Source: Thermoplasmatales archaeon SW_10_69_26 (GTDB lineage Archaea > Thermoplasmatota > SW-10-69-26). From it: a stretch of 64,000 nt of DNA. Where the stretch lies: NCBI GenBank assembly GCA_003009755.1, contig PXUB01000032.1, forward strand, positions 81,672 through 145,671. Direction: 5' to 3'. The number at the start of each line of letters is the position of its first letter. Within the stretch, counting starts at the first letter, position 1. The position numbers and the translations under genes were made by a program. The notes under the pieces are model-generated. The model did no database searches. It was not told the origin of the DNA and was given only the letters and a program-made list of their open reading frames with translations. Shown here one piece after another: positions 31,184-41,571 of the stretch.

Positions 31184-34100
31184 ATGGACACGGCGCGGAA
31201 ACGGGTCCTCACGATCTCGCTCCTCGTCTTGACGGTGATGTCAGGGTTCGCCCTGCGCACGGTCATGAACGTGGATCAGGCTCAGACCGAGGACGGGGAG
31301 TTCCTCCTCTCAGGGAACGATCCGTACTATCACAAGCACGCCGTGGACCATATCGTGGAGAACGGGGAGACGCTGGAAAACGACGCGATGCTGAACTACC
31401 CCGCCGGGTCCGTCAACCCGAACCCGCCGTTATACGAGTGGAGCATCGCGGTCGGATCCGACCTGGCGGAACCGTTCACCGGGTCGACCGAAGAGGCCAC
31501 CTGGTGGTCGGCGCTCGTCTCGCCCGCGATCTGGGGCACCCTCACCATCGTTCCCGTCTTCCTGATCGCCCGCATGTTCGCCGGGAACTGGGGCGGCCTG
31601 CTGGCGGCGTTCCTCATGGCGACCGCCCCCGAGCACATGAGCCGCTCGAGCTTGGGCTTCGCCGACCACGACGCGATCGTGTTGTTCTTCGTCGTCACAG
31701 GGTTCTACTTCCTGCTCAAAGCGATCGAAGCGACGGGGAAACCGACGGACAGAGCGCAATTATCCGAGCTCGGCGGCGCCTACAAGGACTGGTGGATGAA
31801 CGAGCGGTACGCAGCCGGTAGCACGCTGGCTGCCGGAGCCTCGTTCGGCGCCATCGGTCTCTCGTGGAAGGGCTTCCCCTACGTCTTCGGCATCGTGCTC
31901 GCCTACGCCGGCCTCCAGTACCTGATCAACCATTACCAGGACCGCGACATCGCGCGTCCGTTCTTCATCACCGGCACCGCGTTGCTCGTGGCGGCGCTGA
32001 TGTCGATGCCGTACTACCTCTCCTTCGACCTGGTGCACTTCTGGCAGCCATCGATCTTCCTGGTGGCTGCGCTCGTGGCGTTGAGCTTGTACTTCATCGC
32101 CGTGCAGCGCTATCCGAGCGTGCTCGTGTTGCCAGGGTTGCTCGTCATCCTCGGCATCTTCGCCGCCGTCATGTTCATCGTGTTCCCGAGCCTCAGCCGC
32201 GCCCTCCTGGGTCGGCTGATCTACTTCCGCGGGAACGTGCTCTACGAGACGATCGCCGAGGCCCGCCCAGCGGGGCTGTCGAACCTCTCCTTCGCCGTCG
32301 GCCCGATCCCGTTCTTCATGTACGTGGGCGGGATCGTGGCGCTGATCTGGCAGACGTGGCAGGAGCAAAAGCCCGCGATCATGTTCTTCCTCACGTGGGC
32401 GGCCGTCGACCTCGTGTTGGGCATCTCCGCCATCCGCTTCCTGTCGCTGATCGTCCCCTCGATCGCGATCCTGGCCGCCGTGGCCACCATCTGGCTGCTC
32501 GACATGGTGGATCTGCCGAGCTTGACGCAAGCCTACGACCGCACGGGCGGGCGCATCTTCCGGTCGTTCAACCCGCTGTACGGCGTCGTCGGCGCGGTCA
32601 TCGCGATCATCTCCGTCGGGCTCGTCATCGCCGGCGGACTGGCCTTCTCCATCCTGGCCGGCGTGCTGGTGTACGGGTTCGTCCACTTCCTGATCAACGA
32701 CTCGCTCGGCCTCGAGGCGGGGCAGAACGCGATCTACATCGCGATCGTGCTCTTCCTCGGCCTCCTCGTGATCGGACCCAACGCCGCGCTCGGCATGGAC
32801 GCGGCCGTCCCGGCCGGCCTGGAGAACGAGCGCGTGCAGAACGCTCGCGCCCAAGCGCTGGAGGACGTCACCCAGGAGGCGCGCGAGCTCGACGCCTCCG
32901 AGGAGAACGTGCAAGAGTTCCAGTCCATCGTCAACGAGAGCCAGAGCAAGGACGACTTCCGCTCCCGGCTGCAGGATGCCCAGATTCGGTTGGGCCTCAG
33001 CGACGAGACCGTGGACCGCATCTACGAAGCCGGCGCCGACGAGATGGGCACCGTGTCCTTCTACCGCATGCGCATGGGCGCCTTCGGTCAAAGCTTCATG
33101 CCCAGCGGTTGGCACGATGCCCTGACCTGGCTCTCCGAGCAAGACCGAGACAAGCCGCCGGCCGAGCGGCCGGCCCAGATCGCCTGGTGGGACTACGGCC
33201 ACTGGACGATCTCCGAGGGCAAGCACCCGGCCGTGGCCGACAACTTCCAGAACGGGTACAAGGAGTCCGGTCGCTGGTTGGTCGCTCAAAACGAGACCCG
33301 TTCCATCCAGATGATGGGCGCCCGCCAGATCGGCTACTTCGCCAACGAGCTCTCGATCGACCGATACGAGGAGACGCTCACGGACATGGGCATCTCCGAG
33401 GACCGGGCCCAGAGCCTGAGGGAGGGCTTCCAGACCAAGGACTACCCATTCATCGAGTTCTCCACCGATCCGCAGGAGAACAAGCAGATGAGCATCGAGT
33501 GGGTCGACAACCTGGAGGAGATCTCGGGCAAGCAGATCCGCTACGGGGCCGTCGACAACCGGATGCTCCCGATCGACGATCCGAACACGCCGCGCATCGA
33601 GCGGCCGTCGATCTTCTACGCCCCGGTCACCCTCGCCGAGGAGGACCCCGACGACTTCGTGGAGACGCAGACCGTCGACATGGACTCGGGTGAGGAGCTG
33701 ACCGAGGAGGAGATCCGCCAGCTCCGCCAACAGAGTCAGGACCAGCAGCCGAACATCGGTCGCCAGCTCAAGTACAAGGAGCCGTTCTTCGAGTCTATGT
33801 ACTACCGGGCCTTCATGGGCCTGCCCGTCAAGGAGCCCCAGCAGTTCCGCGGGCAGTCGATCCCGCAGCCGTTCAGCCTGCAGGGCTTCGAGGAGTTCTA
33901 CCGCAAGGGCGAGCCGATGCTGATGGGCAGCGGACCCCTCACGGGTACCGCGCTCCTGCGGCAACCCGCTGCGCCCGGCTTCGGGCTCGACCATCACCGC
34001 CTGGTGCAGGCCAACGAGGAGGTCCGCATCCTCCGCTACTTCCCCGGCGCTCAGGTCGACGGCACCGTGACCGTCGCCGGCGAACCCGCCGAGGGGCTGC

Positions 34101-35050
34101 GCGTCACCGCGTTCGACGACGCTGGCGACCTCGTGCTGAACGCCAGCCGCGGCGACCGAAGCGAGGCCAACGCCAGCGACTTCGACGTCCCGCACGACAG
34201 CGCCGCCACCGGCGCCGACGGGAGCTACGATATCGTCGCCCCGTTCAGCACCACCGATCGCGGCGTCGAGATCCGGGTGACCCAGAACGAGGGCACCGGC
34301 GCGCCGGCCGGCCTGTTCGGCGGTGGCCAGCAGTCCACGTTCACGATCGCCAACGAGACGCTGGACATCTCCATCGAGGAGGCTGAAGAACGAGCCGAGT
34401 TCTCGGTCGACTTCGACATCCAGCCGGCGACCGTGTCGGGCATCGCCTACCACGACGCCAACGGCGACGGCGCTGTGAACGACACCGAGGAACGCATCAG
34501 CAACGCCACGATCACGATCTCGGGCGAGACGGCCGAGACCGATTCCGAGGGTCGCTACGAGGTCACGAACGTGACCCCCGGCACCCGCTCGGTCTCCGCC
34601 GAAGCCGAGGGCTACCAGGTCCGCGGCGCACCGCAGCTGGAGCTGCGCAGCGGCGACCAGGTCCCCCGCAACGTCAGCTTCCAGTACGAGCCCGTGCCGG
34701 TGAACGCGACCGTGCAGGACGAGCGCGGCTCCGGTGTCCCGAACGTGCGGACCCAGTTCACGGCCGTCGAGGACAGCCAGACCGCCGAGGACACCTCGGC
34801 GATCAGCCGGCGCAACGGCTCGCTGGCGGCTCAGGGTCCCCAGGGCCGACCGACGGACCTGACGCTGCAACCCGGCGAGTACGAGATCTCCGGCAACGGC
34901 ACGGACCCGCGCACCGAGGAGACCTACGAGATCACCGGGTTCGCGGTGACCGGCGGCTCCGGTGTCGAGAAGACCGAGGACGACACCCTCGTGATCGACC
35001 GCCAGGCCAGCGACGTCGAGCTGACGATCCGCGTCCAGGCTCAGGGGTAA
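31184..35050 (+). CDS. aglB: Oligosaccharyltransferase AglB/STT3 with C-terminal beta-sandwich extensions
   Basis: NDPYYH, GFADHD, TIAEA, WWDYG and DNFQNG motifs; multi-TM N-terminal half. Confidence 0.93.
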   Translation: MDTARKRVLTISLLVLTVMSGFALRTVMNVDQAQTEDGEFLLSGNDPYYHKHAVDHIVENGETLENDAMLNYPAGSVNPNPPLYEWSIAVGSDLAEPFTGSTEEATWWSALVSPAIWGTLTIVPVFLIARMFAGNWGGLLAAFLMATAPEHMSRSSLGFADHDAIVLFFVVTGFYFLLKAIEATGKPTDRAQLSELGGAYKDWWMNERYAAGSTLAAGASFGAIGLSWKGFPYVFGIVLAYAGLQYLINHYQDRDIARPFFITGTALLVAALMSMPYYLSFDLVHFWQPSIFLVAALVALSLYFIAVQRYPSVLVLPGLLVILGIFAAVMFIVFPSLSRALLGRLIYFRGNVLYETIAEARPAGLSNLSFAVGPIPFFMYVGGIVALIWQTWQEQKPAIMFFLTWAAVDLVLGISAIRFLSLIVPSIAILAAVATIWLLDMVDLPSLTQAYDRTGGRIFRSFNPLYGVVGAVIAIISVGLVIAGGLAFSILAGVLVYGFVHFLINDSLGLEAGQNAIYIAIVLFLGLLVIGPNAALGMDAAVPAGLENERVQNARAQALEDVTQEARELDASEENVQEFQSIVNESQSKDDFRSRLQDAQIRLGLSDETVDRIYEAGADEMGTVSFYRMRMGAFGQSFMPSGWHDALTWLSEQDRDKPPAERPAQIAWWDYGHWTISEGKHPAVADNFQNGYKESGRWLVAQNETRSIQMMGARQIGYFANELSIDRYEETLTDMGISEDRAQSLREGFQTKDYPFIEFSTDPQENKQMSIEWVDNLEEISGKQIRYGAVDNRMLPIDDPNTPRIERPSIFYAPVTLAEEDPDDFVETQTVDMDSGEELTEEEIRQLRQQSQDQQPNIGRQLKYKEPFFESMYYRAFMGLPVKEPQQFRGQSIPQPFSLQGFEEFYRKGEPMLMGSGPLTGTALLRQPAAPGFGLDHHRLVQANEEVRILRYFPGAQVDGTVTVAGEPAEGLRVTAFDDAGDLVLNASRGDRSEANASDFDVPHDSAATGADGSYDIVAPFSTTDRGVEIRVTQNEGTGAPAGLFGGGQQSTFTIANETLDISIEEAEERAEFSVDFDIQPATVSGIAYHDANGDGAVNDTEERISNATITISGETAETDSEGRYEVTNVTPGTRSVSAEAEGYQVRGAPQLELRSGDQVPRNVSFQYEPVPVNATVQDERGSGVPNVRTQFTAVEDSQTAEDTSAISRRNGSLAAQGPQGRPTDLTLQPGEYEISGNGTDPRTEETYEITGFAVTGGSGVEKTEDDTLVIDRQASDVELTIRVQAQG

Positions 35051-35191
35051 CCCGACACTCCCGGGCCTGGCGGGCCCGACGGCGATCGCGCGTCGATGCG
35101 GTCCCTCGGGCCTGCGGCTTGCTTTCGCGAGCCCGGTCCTTGCCTGCTCGGCCAGCGACCGGTCGGCCCCTGCTTGCCCGTTCGGGGTCCG

Positions 35192-36256
35192 CTACCGGCG
35201 TCGGTCGGCCAGCTCGCGGATCGTCGCCAACGCTTCGTCCACGTCCGCGTCGTCCACGTCGCGGTGCGTGACGGCGCGGACCCGGTGCTCGGCCATCATG
35301 CCGTCCAGGCCCAGGTCTGCTTCTGCCGCGTGCGCGGCGAAGGTCTCGGCGTCCACGCCGAGGCCCTGCACATCGAAGAACACGATGTTCGTGTCGACCC
35401 GGCCGAGGTCGACCTCGATCCCGTCGGTGTCGGCCAGCCCCTCCGCCAGCTCCCGGGCTCGCCGGTGGTCCTCGGCCAAGCGCCTGGGACCCTCCTTCAG
35501 GGCGAGCAGGCCGGCCGCCGCGAGGTGGCCGGATTGGCGCATGCCGCCGCCGAGCAACGCCTTGGCGCGGCGGGCTCGCTGGACGAACGCCTCGGGGCCG
35601 GCCAGCACGCTGCCCACGGGTGCTCCCAGGCCCTTCGTCAAGGCGAGCATGATGCTGTCTCCGTGGTCGGCGACCTCGGCCGGTTCCACGTCGAGAGCCG
35701 TCGCCGCGTTCAGTGCGCGGGCCCCGTCGATGTGCACTGGGACGTCGGCCGAGCGAGCGATCGCCGCGATCTCGGCCAGGTGGTCGAGCGGGACGGCGAC
35801 CCCGCCGGCGTGGTTGTGCGTTTGCTCGAGGCACACCAACGCCGTCCGCGGCTTGATCGTCGGACCCCCCTCGGGACGGAGCTGGGCTCGGACCGTCTGT
35901 GGATCCATGCGGCCCGCGTGGCCCTCGATCGGCCGAGCCTGGGCGTGGGCGACGCGAGCGATCGAGCTGGACTCGTACAGCAGGATGTGGGAGGTCGACT
36001 CGGCGATGACCTCCGCGCGTTCGACGTCCTGTGTCCAGGCGACGAGCGCCGCGAGGTTCGCCATCGTCCCGCTGGGCATGAAGACGGCGGCGTCCTTGCC
36101 GAAGGTCTGGGCGGCCTCGTCCTCGAGCTCGTCCACCGTGGGGTCCTCGCCGAGCGCGCTGTTGCCGACGTCGGCCTCGGCCATCGCTTGGCGCATCGCG
36201 TCCGTCGGGCGGGTCACCGTGTCCGAGCGGAGATCGATCGCCGGTTCTTGGGCCAT
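35192..36256 (-). CDS. ltaE: Low-specificity L-threonine aldolase
   Basis: DLRSDTVTRP, PSGTMAN, HIDGAR, KGLGAPVGS and GGGMRQ motifs. Confidence 0.92.
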   Translation of the reverse strand: MAQEPAIDLRSDTVTRPTDAMRQAMAEADVGNSALGEDPTVDELEDEAAQTFGKDAAVFMPSGTMANLAALVAWTQDVERAEVIAESTSHILLYESSSIARVAHAQARPIEGHAGRMDPQTVRAQLRPEGGPTIKPRTALVCLEQTHNHAGGVAVPLDHLAEIAAIARSADVPVHIDGARALNAATALDVEPAEVADHGDSIMLALTKGLGAPVGSVLAGPEAFVQRARRAKALLGGGMRQSGHLAAAGLLALKEGPRRLAEDHRRARELAEGLADTDGIEVDLGRVDTNIVFFDVQGLGVDAETFAAHAAEADLGLDGMMAEHRVRAVTHRDVDDADVDEALATIRELADRRR

Positions 36257-36297
36257 CGTGGCGAGCCAGGGGCCGGCTCGTCAAGAAGGTTCCCGCC

Positions 36298-37152
36298 TCA
36301 GCCCTCGGCCTGGATGGCGCGGGCGTCGGCGACGTCCTGCTCGCCGAACCGCCAGGGGACCTCGCCGCCCTCGCCGATCTCCCGGATGTCGGCGGCGCTG
36401 TCGAGCTGCCACCACATGACCGAGGATTCGTTCGACGAGTGCGAGCGGTTCTCCTGGGCCGGCGTGTCCGGCTCGGGGTCCTCGCTCATCTCGTGGTCTT
36501 GCACCATCGGCAGCGGGCTGTTCACGAGCCCGAGGAGGTGGCCGGCCTCGTGGATGCCGACGGCTCGGGTCACCTTCCACTCGCGTGTGGCCGGCGTCGC
36601 TTTCCGCTCGCAGACGACCTCGTCGTCCGGGCAGGGCAGCTGGCACACGGGGGCGTCGTTCTCGCACGTCGAGTCCCGGATCTCCCCCTTGAACAACGCG
36701 AAGGCTCGCGTGTCGAAGGAGAGGCCGAGGGTGCCCTCTTGCGCGAACCGCCCGTCGAGGAAGAGGACGTGCATGACCTCGGTGTCGTTGGCGACCTCGG
36801 TGTCCTGCCGCTCGGCGTGCAGGTCCCGCAGCTCGCCGAGAGCGTAGGCGTAGTCCTCGCCTTGCTCGGGCAGTTCCTCGTCCACGCGGATCTCGATCTC
36901 GGCGGCGGTGACGCGCTCGAGCTCGTCGACGAACTGCTCCTCGGCCGGCGTGTCCTCGTCCCAAAGGGCGCCGGGCGCGTGGTCGATCTCGACGACGACC
37001 GTCTCGGCCTCGGCCAGGTAGCTGTCGTAGGCCGCGCCGGGGCCCCGTGCCTGCACGTTGGGGCCCAAGGCGTCGAGGAAGGTGCACCCGGAGCTGGCCA
37101 CGAGGACGAGAAGGGTTATGCCTAGAGCCTTGCGCGCCATCTGGGACCCCAT
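36298..37152 (-). CDS. Zinc metalloprotease lipoprotein (metzincin-like)
   Basis: Lipobox-like ASSGC; HEAGHLLGL; downstream H...SVM Met-turn-like motif. Confidence 0.75.
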   Translation of the reverse strand: MGSQMARKALGITLLVLVASSGCTFLDALGPNVQARGPGAAYDSYLAEAETVVVEIDHAPGALWDEDTPAEEQFVDELERVTAAEIEIRVDEELPEQGEDYAYALGELRDLHAERQDTEVANDTEVMHVLFLDGRFAQEGTLGLSFDTRAFALFKGEIRDSTCENDAPVCQLPCPDDEVVCERKATPATREWKVTRAVGIHEAGHLLGLVNSPLPMVQDHEMSEDPEPDTPAQENRSHSSNESSVMWWQLDSAADIREIGEGGEVPWRFGEQDVADARAIQAEG

Positions 37153-37192
37153 GGCCGCTTGGGGCCTTCTAAGGTTTCCGTTCGTGGACCGG

Positions 37193-38380
37193 TCAGGCCC
37201 GTTCGAGCGCGAGCTGGGCGACGTGTTCCCCGAACGGCAGCGAGCAGGTCAACCCCGGCGAGACGGCGTTCAGCACGTGCACCGTGTTGCCCTGCTCGCG
37301 AACGACCAGGTCCATCACGAGCTCGCCCTCGCGGGAGACCATCTGGGCCCGGTTGCCGGCGTAGCTGTCCACGAGGTCGACGGCCTCGATCTCTGGGACG
37401 AGGCGTCGGGCCTCGGCGGCCATCGCTTTCAGCGACAAGCTCTTGTGCACCTCGTCGCCGATCAGGGAGCGGATCTTGGCGTCGCCCAGCAGACGGTAGA
37501 AGCCCGGCCACGACAGCGTGTCCAACAGATCGCGGCCGTCGGCCCCCCAGAACGAGTAGGCCTCGCGTCCGAAGGCCAGCATCGCGCCCGGTCCGACGAT
37601 CAACCGGCCGTCGGCGCGCTTGGATAAGTGCACCCCGAGGAACGGCAGCTCCGGGTCCGGGGCCGGGTAGACGTGGCCCTCGACCATGTCCCGCTTGTCC
37701 GCGACGACCTCGGCGTAGTAGCCGCGGAAGGGCACGATCCGCATGTCCGGGCACACGTCCTGGCCCAACCGGTCGGCCTGCAGCCCGGCCGCGTTGACGG
37801 CCCCGCCCGCCTCGAGGGTGCCCTTGCTGGTGTGCACGCGCACGCCGCGGCCCGTGTCCTCGATCGCCTCGACCGTCGTGTCGTAGAGGAACTCGGCCCC
37901 GGCCGTCATCGCCTCGCCGGTCAGCGAGTGCACGTAGGCCCGGGCGTCGAAGCTGGCGTAGGCGGGCACGCGGAGCCCGGCCCGGCCGCGGGCCGCCGGC
38001 TCGACCTGCTGGATCTCCTCGGGCTCGAGCATCCGGGCTTCGATGCCGTTGGTCTGCGAGCGTCGGTGGGCTTCCTCGAGGTAACCGATCTCGGTCTCGT
38101 TTTGCGCGACGACGAGCAGCCCGTTCTGGCGCAGCGGGATGTCCCGCTCCCGGCAGTAGGCGATCAGCCGGCGGGCGCCCTCTCTCGCGAACCTCGCCTT
38201 CGTCGAGCCCGGCTCGTACTGGTAGCCGGCGTGCACGACACCGCTGTTGCGGCCGCTTTGATGCAGCGCGGGCCCGGTCTCCTTGTCGAGCACGACGACC
38301 TCGTGCCCGTCCTTGGCCAGCCACCGCGCCACCGAGGAACCGATCGCGCCTGCGCCGACGACGGCGACGTCCGCGTCCAC
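37193..38380 (-). CDS. lhgO: L-2-hydroxyglutarate oxidase-like FAD oxidoreductase
   Basis: VVGAGAIG, HQSGRNSGVVHAG, PFLGVH and NAVSPGLT motifs. Confidence 0.85.
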   Translation of the reverse strand: MDADVAVVGAGAIGSSVARWLAKDGHEVVVLDKETGPALHQSGRNSGVVHAGYQYEPGSTKARFAREGARRLIAYCRERDIPLRQNGLLVVAQNETEIGYLEEAHRRSQTNGIEARMLEPEEIQQVEPAARGRAGLRVPAYASFDARAYVHSLTGEAMTAGAEFLYDTTVEAIEDTGRGVRVHTSKGTLEAGGAVNAAGLQADRLGQDVCPDMRIVPFRGYYAEVVADKRDMVEGHVYPAPDPELPFLGVHLSKRADGRLIVGPGAMLAFGREAYSFWGADGRDLLDTLSWPGFYRLLGDAKIRSLIGDEVHKSLSLKAMAAEARRLVPEIEAVDLVDSYAGNRAQMVSREGELVMDLVVREQGNTVHVLNAVSPGLTCSLPFGEHVAQLALERA

Positions 38381-38650
38381 GGGGGCCGAACGCGGGAGGG
38401 GGCTTTCAGCGTTGGCGAAGACGGTGGCACGAGCGCTGGAGGGAAACGCAGAGGAGCGGAGGAGAGCGGACACGGGAAGCAGGACGCGGCTTGCGGCGGC
38501 GGGAAAGCCCCAGACACGAAGCCCCGAAGCCAGGGACCAGCCGTGTCCGGCGGCCGGCGGGACCGCGGCGGGCGGAGGGATCGCTGGCGAGCGGTGTTGC
38601 GGCTGTACTTCCGCTGACCGGCCCCAGCGGGCCTGCCGCCGCGCTGGCCC

Positions 38651-39151
38651 TCACCAGCCCGACGACGAGCGCGATGGAGACGATGGGTGCACCCATCGTC
38701 GATGCAGGGCGAGGTAGCCTGGAGAGATCACCCTGTCGGGCCGCTCGATCGGCGACCCGAGGGACGAGGAACGCGAGGCCTTGGCCTTCTCTTTCATCTT
38801 CTTCGAGCGTTCCTTGGCCGTGTAGCCGGTGGCGCCCTGGAGGAAGTCGTTCCACGCCTCGCGGGTCTCCTCGACGGTGTCCATCTCCTCCTCGAAGTCG
38901 ATGTCCTTGGGGTCCTTCTGGTCGTTGATGACCCACAGGGTGCTCTTCTTGTAGTAGCGGGCCTCGACGTTGTTGATGTGGCCGAAGGAGGCCTGGTACC
39001 ACTCGTCGGGGTCGTGCTTGGCTTCGCGGTCGGGGATCTCGTTGGCCTCCTCGAAGGCCTCTTCCATGACCTCGCCGAGATCCGTCTCGGCCTTGTGACC
39101 GCGCTTCACGGGGTAGGCTTGGGCTTCCTCGGGCGGCTCCTCGACGACCAT
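38651..39151 (-). CDS. Conserved archaeal small protein (DUF5611-like)
   Basis: YPVKRGHK ... WNDFL..ATGYTAKER.KKMK pattern. The tail after KEKAK looks non-conserved. Confidence 0.65.
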   Translation of the reverse strand: MVVEEPPEEAQAYPVKRGHKAETDLGEVMEEAFEEANEIPDREAKHDPDEWYQASFGHINNVEARYYKKSTLWVINDQKDPKDIDFEEEMDTVEETREAWNDFLQGATGYTAKERSKKMKEKAKASRSSSLGSPIERPDRVISPGYLALHRRWVHPSSPSRSSSGW

Positions 39152-39207
39152 CGCTGTTCGTCGACCACAACGCGTGGCCCCTCTTGGCTCTGTCGAAGCC
39201 GCCGGGC

Positions 39208-39678
39208 GTGAGGGTGGCCGCCGAGAGGCATCGCGAGAACCGAGGCGGCGGGCGAGACGTCGGGCTGCTCGCAATCGCCGCCCTCGGCCTGCTCGTGTCC
39301 ACGTACTTCACGGCCGTGACCTACCAGTGGGTGCGGCCGGACGCCTCGTGGATCCCGCAGGTCTGCCGGATGGACGAGAAGACGTGCGCCCGCATCGTGG
39401 ACACGGGCTACGGGCAGGCCTTCGGTGCGCCGAACTCCGTGTTCGGCATCGCCTGGTACCTCGCCGTCGCCGGCGTCACGCTGTACCGCTGGACCGGCGA
39501 CCCGTTGCTGCCCTGCTCGGTGTTGATTCTGCTCGCGGCGGGCGTCGTCGCTTTCAGCGTGTACCTCGCCTGGGCGCTCGTCCAGCGCTTGGGCGTGCAC
39601 TGCCCGCTTTGCTACCTCTCCCACACCCTCAACGTCGGCGTGCTCGTCGGCTTCGTCGGCCTGTGCGCGATCGGTTGA
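39208..39678 (+). CDS. Vitamin K epoxide reductase (VKOR) family protein
   Basis: C......C loop cysteines, FGAPNS..G, terminal CPLC, TM helices. Confidence 0.85.
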   Translation: MRVAAERHRENRGGGRDVGLLAIAALGLLVSTYFTAVTYQWVRPDASWIPQVCRMDEKTCARIVDTGYGQAFGAPNSVFGIAWYLAVAGVTLYRWTGDPLLPCSVLILLAAGVVAFSVYLAWALVQRLGVHCPLCYLSHTLNVGVLVGFVGLCAIG

Positions 39679-39709
39679 CTGGACGAACATCCTTTTCGGC
39701 ACGCCATCC

Positions 39710-41452
39710 ATGGTGACCCGTCCCATGCCCTCGTCCAGCGTGATCGATCCTCGACCCGGGGACGACGAGAACTGGTACCGCGAGGACCCGCCCTTGCAGC
39801 AGCTGCTGGCTCTACACGTTGACGAGGCCACGCTGGGAGCCGCCGAGCACCGGCTCGACGACCTCGGCGAGCTGGCGCCGGCCGACCTGGACCGGTGGGC
39901 GCGCGAGGCCGACCGCCACGAACCGACGCTCGAGCGCCGATCCCCGACGGGCGAACGCGTGGACCGCGTCGACTTCCATCCCGCCTACGAGAACCTGCGG
40001 CTGGCCGCGCGCATCAACGGCGTGTTCACCGCCAGCTGGCACGAGATGGGCGAGGCCGAGCGCGCCCCGCGAGCGCTCACGTTCGCGCTGGGCTACCTCT
40101 ACGCGCAGGCCGAAGCCGGCTACTACTGCCCGGCCTGCATGACCGACGGGGCCGCCTTCGTGCTCGACCGCCACGCCCCCGAGCCGCTGGCCGAGCGCTT
40201 CGTCCCCCGCCTGGTCAGCCGGGACCCCGACGAGGGGATCGAGGGCGCCATGTACCTGACGGAGAAGGAGGGGGGTTCCGACGTGGGCGCCAGCACGCGC
40301 ACCCGAGCCCGGCAGGCCGAGGACGGCACCTGGCGCCTGACCGGCGAGAAGTGGTTCGCCTCCAACTGCACCGCCGAGGTCGCCATGGCCCTGGCGCGCA
40401 TGCCCGACGGCGAGGAGGGCACCGAAGGGCTGGGCCTGTTCCTCGTTCCGCGGCACCTGTCCAACGGCTCCCCCAACCCCGGCCTCCACCTCGAGCGGCT
40501 CAAGGACAAGCTCGGCGTCCAGAGCATGCCCACCGGCGAGATCGTGCTCGACGAGGCCCACGCCCACCTCGTCCAGGGCGCCGGCTCCGGGTTCAAGGCG
40601 ATGGCCGAGATGGTGAACCTCTCCCGCCTGTACAACGCCGTCGCCAGCGTCGCGGTGGCCCGCCGGGCCCTGCGCGAGGGCCAACGCGCCGGCCGCCAAC
40701 GCGAGACCTTCGGCCAGCCCCTGCACGAGCACGCGCTGTTCCTGCGCGACCTCGTCGAGCTCACCGTCGACGTCGAGGGCGGCCTCGCCTTCACGCTCGA
40801 CCAGGCCGAGGTCTTCGACCGCTGGGCCGAGGGCGAGGAAGACGCCCGCGCCCCGCTGCGGATCCTGACCCCGTGCGCGAAGGCGATGACCGCCAAGCTC
40901 GGCGTCGCGGCCGCCAGCGAGGGCTGCGAGCTGCTGGGCGGGCAAGGCTACATCGAGGAGTACGTGACCCCGCGCCTTTTGCGCGACGCCCAGGTCTTGC
41001 CGATCTGGGAGGGCACGACGAACATCCAGGCGCTGGATCTGCTGCGCGCCGTCGCCCGGGACCGGGCGCTGCCCGGCTTCCTCGCCCACAGCTCGGCCCG
41101 GTTGGCCGAGGCCGAGGCCGAGGGCCACGAGGGGCTCGAACCCGCGATCGCTCGCGTCCGCGAGGGGTACGAGCGGATCGAGCAGGCCGGCGAGCGGCTG
41201 GCCTCCGTCGACCGCGATACAGCGGAGGCGATGGCCATCGATCTCACGCGGGACGCCTACCACGTCCACGCCGCCGCGCTGCTGGCCCGCCGAGCCGCCC
41301 ACCACCCGGACGACGATCGAGCGCGCGAGGTGGCCCACCTGTATGCGGCCCGCCACGTCGCCGAGGACCGCAGCCTCGGCCGACGCGCGGTCCGGCAGGC
41401 GCTGGCCGACCACGGGACCGAGATCGCATACCCAGCCACGTCACACAGCTAG
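39710..41452 (+). CDS. Acyl-CoA dehydrogenase (AidB-like)
   Basis: LTEKEGGSDV, GEKWF, RLKDKLG, GGQGYIEE and IWEGTTN motifs. Confidence 0.92.
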   Translation: MVTRPMPSSSVIDPRPGDDENWYREDPPLQQLLALHVDEATLGAAEHRLDDLGELAPADLDRWAREADRHEPTLERRSPTGERVDRVDFHPAYENLRLAARINGVFTASWHEMGEAERAPRALTFALGYLYAQAEAGYYCPACMTDGAAFVLDRHAPEPLAERFVPRLVSRDPDEGIEGAMYLTEKEGGSDVGASTRTRARQAEDGTWRLTGEKWFASNCTAEVAMALARMPDGEEGTEGLGLFLVPRHLSNGSPNPGLHLERLKDKLGVQSMPTGEIVLDEAHAHLVQGAGSGFKAMAEMVNLSRLYNAVASVAVARRALREGQRAGRQRETFGQPLHEHALFLRDLVELTVDVEGGLAFTLDQAEVFDRWAEGEEDARAPLRILTPCAKAMTAKLGVAAASEGCELLGGQGYIEEYVTPRLLRDAQVLPIWEGTTNIQALDLLRAVARDRALPGFLAHSSARLAEAEAEGHEGLEPAIARVREGYERIEQAGERLASVDRDTAEAMAIDLTRDAYHVHAAALLARRAAHHPDDDRAREVAHLYAARHVAEDRSLGRRAVRQALADHGTEIAYPATSHS

Positions 41453-41571
41453 GCGGACAGGGAGCCTCAGCCCGGCCACGAGGGCCAACCCAGCGACCGG
41501 GGCGCGCAGAGGCAGCGCTGCCTCGCATCGGTCCCCTGCGTCCTCGTGAGGGCCTGACCGTTGCCGTTCGG

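Noticed and set aside
31760-34870. Long antisense and alternate-frame ORFs (also 39895-42912, 43132-45603, 25950-28019, 61185-63347)
   Set aside because: Shadow ORFs of real genes caused by high GC3; no recognisable motifs, apart from the aminotransferase remnant at the end of 39895-42912.
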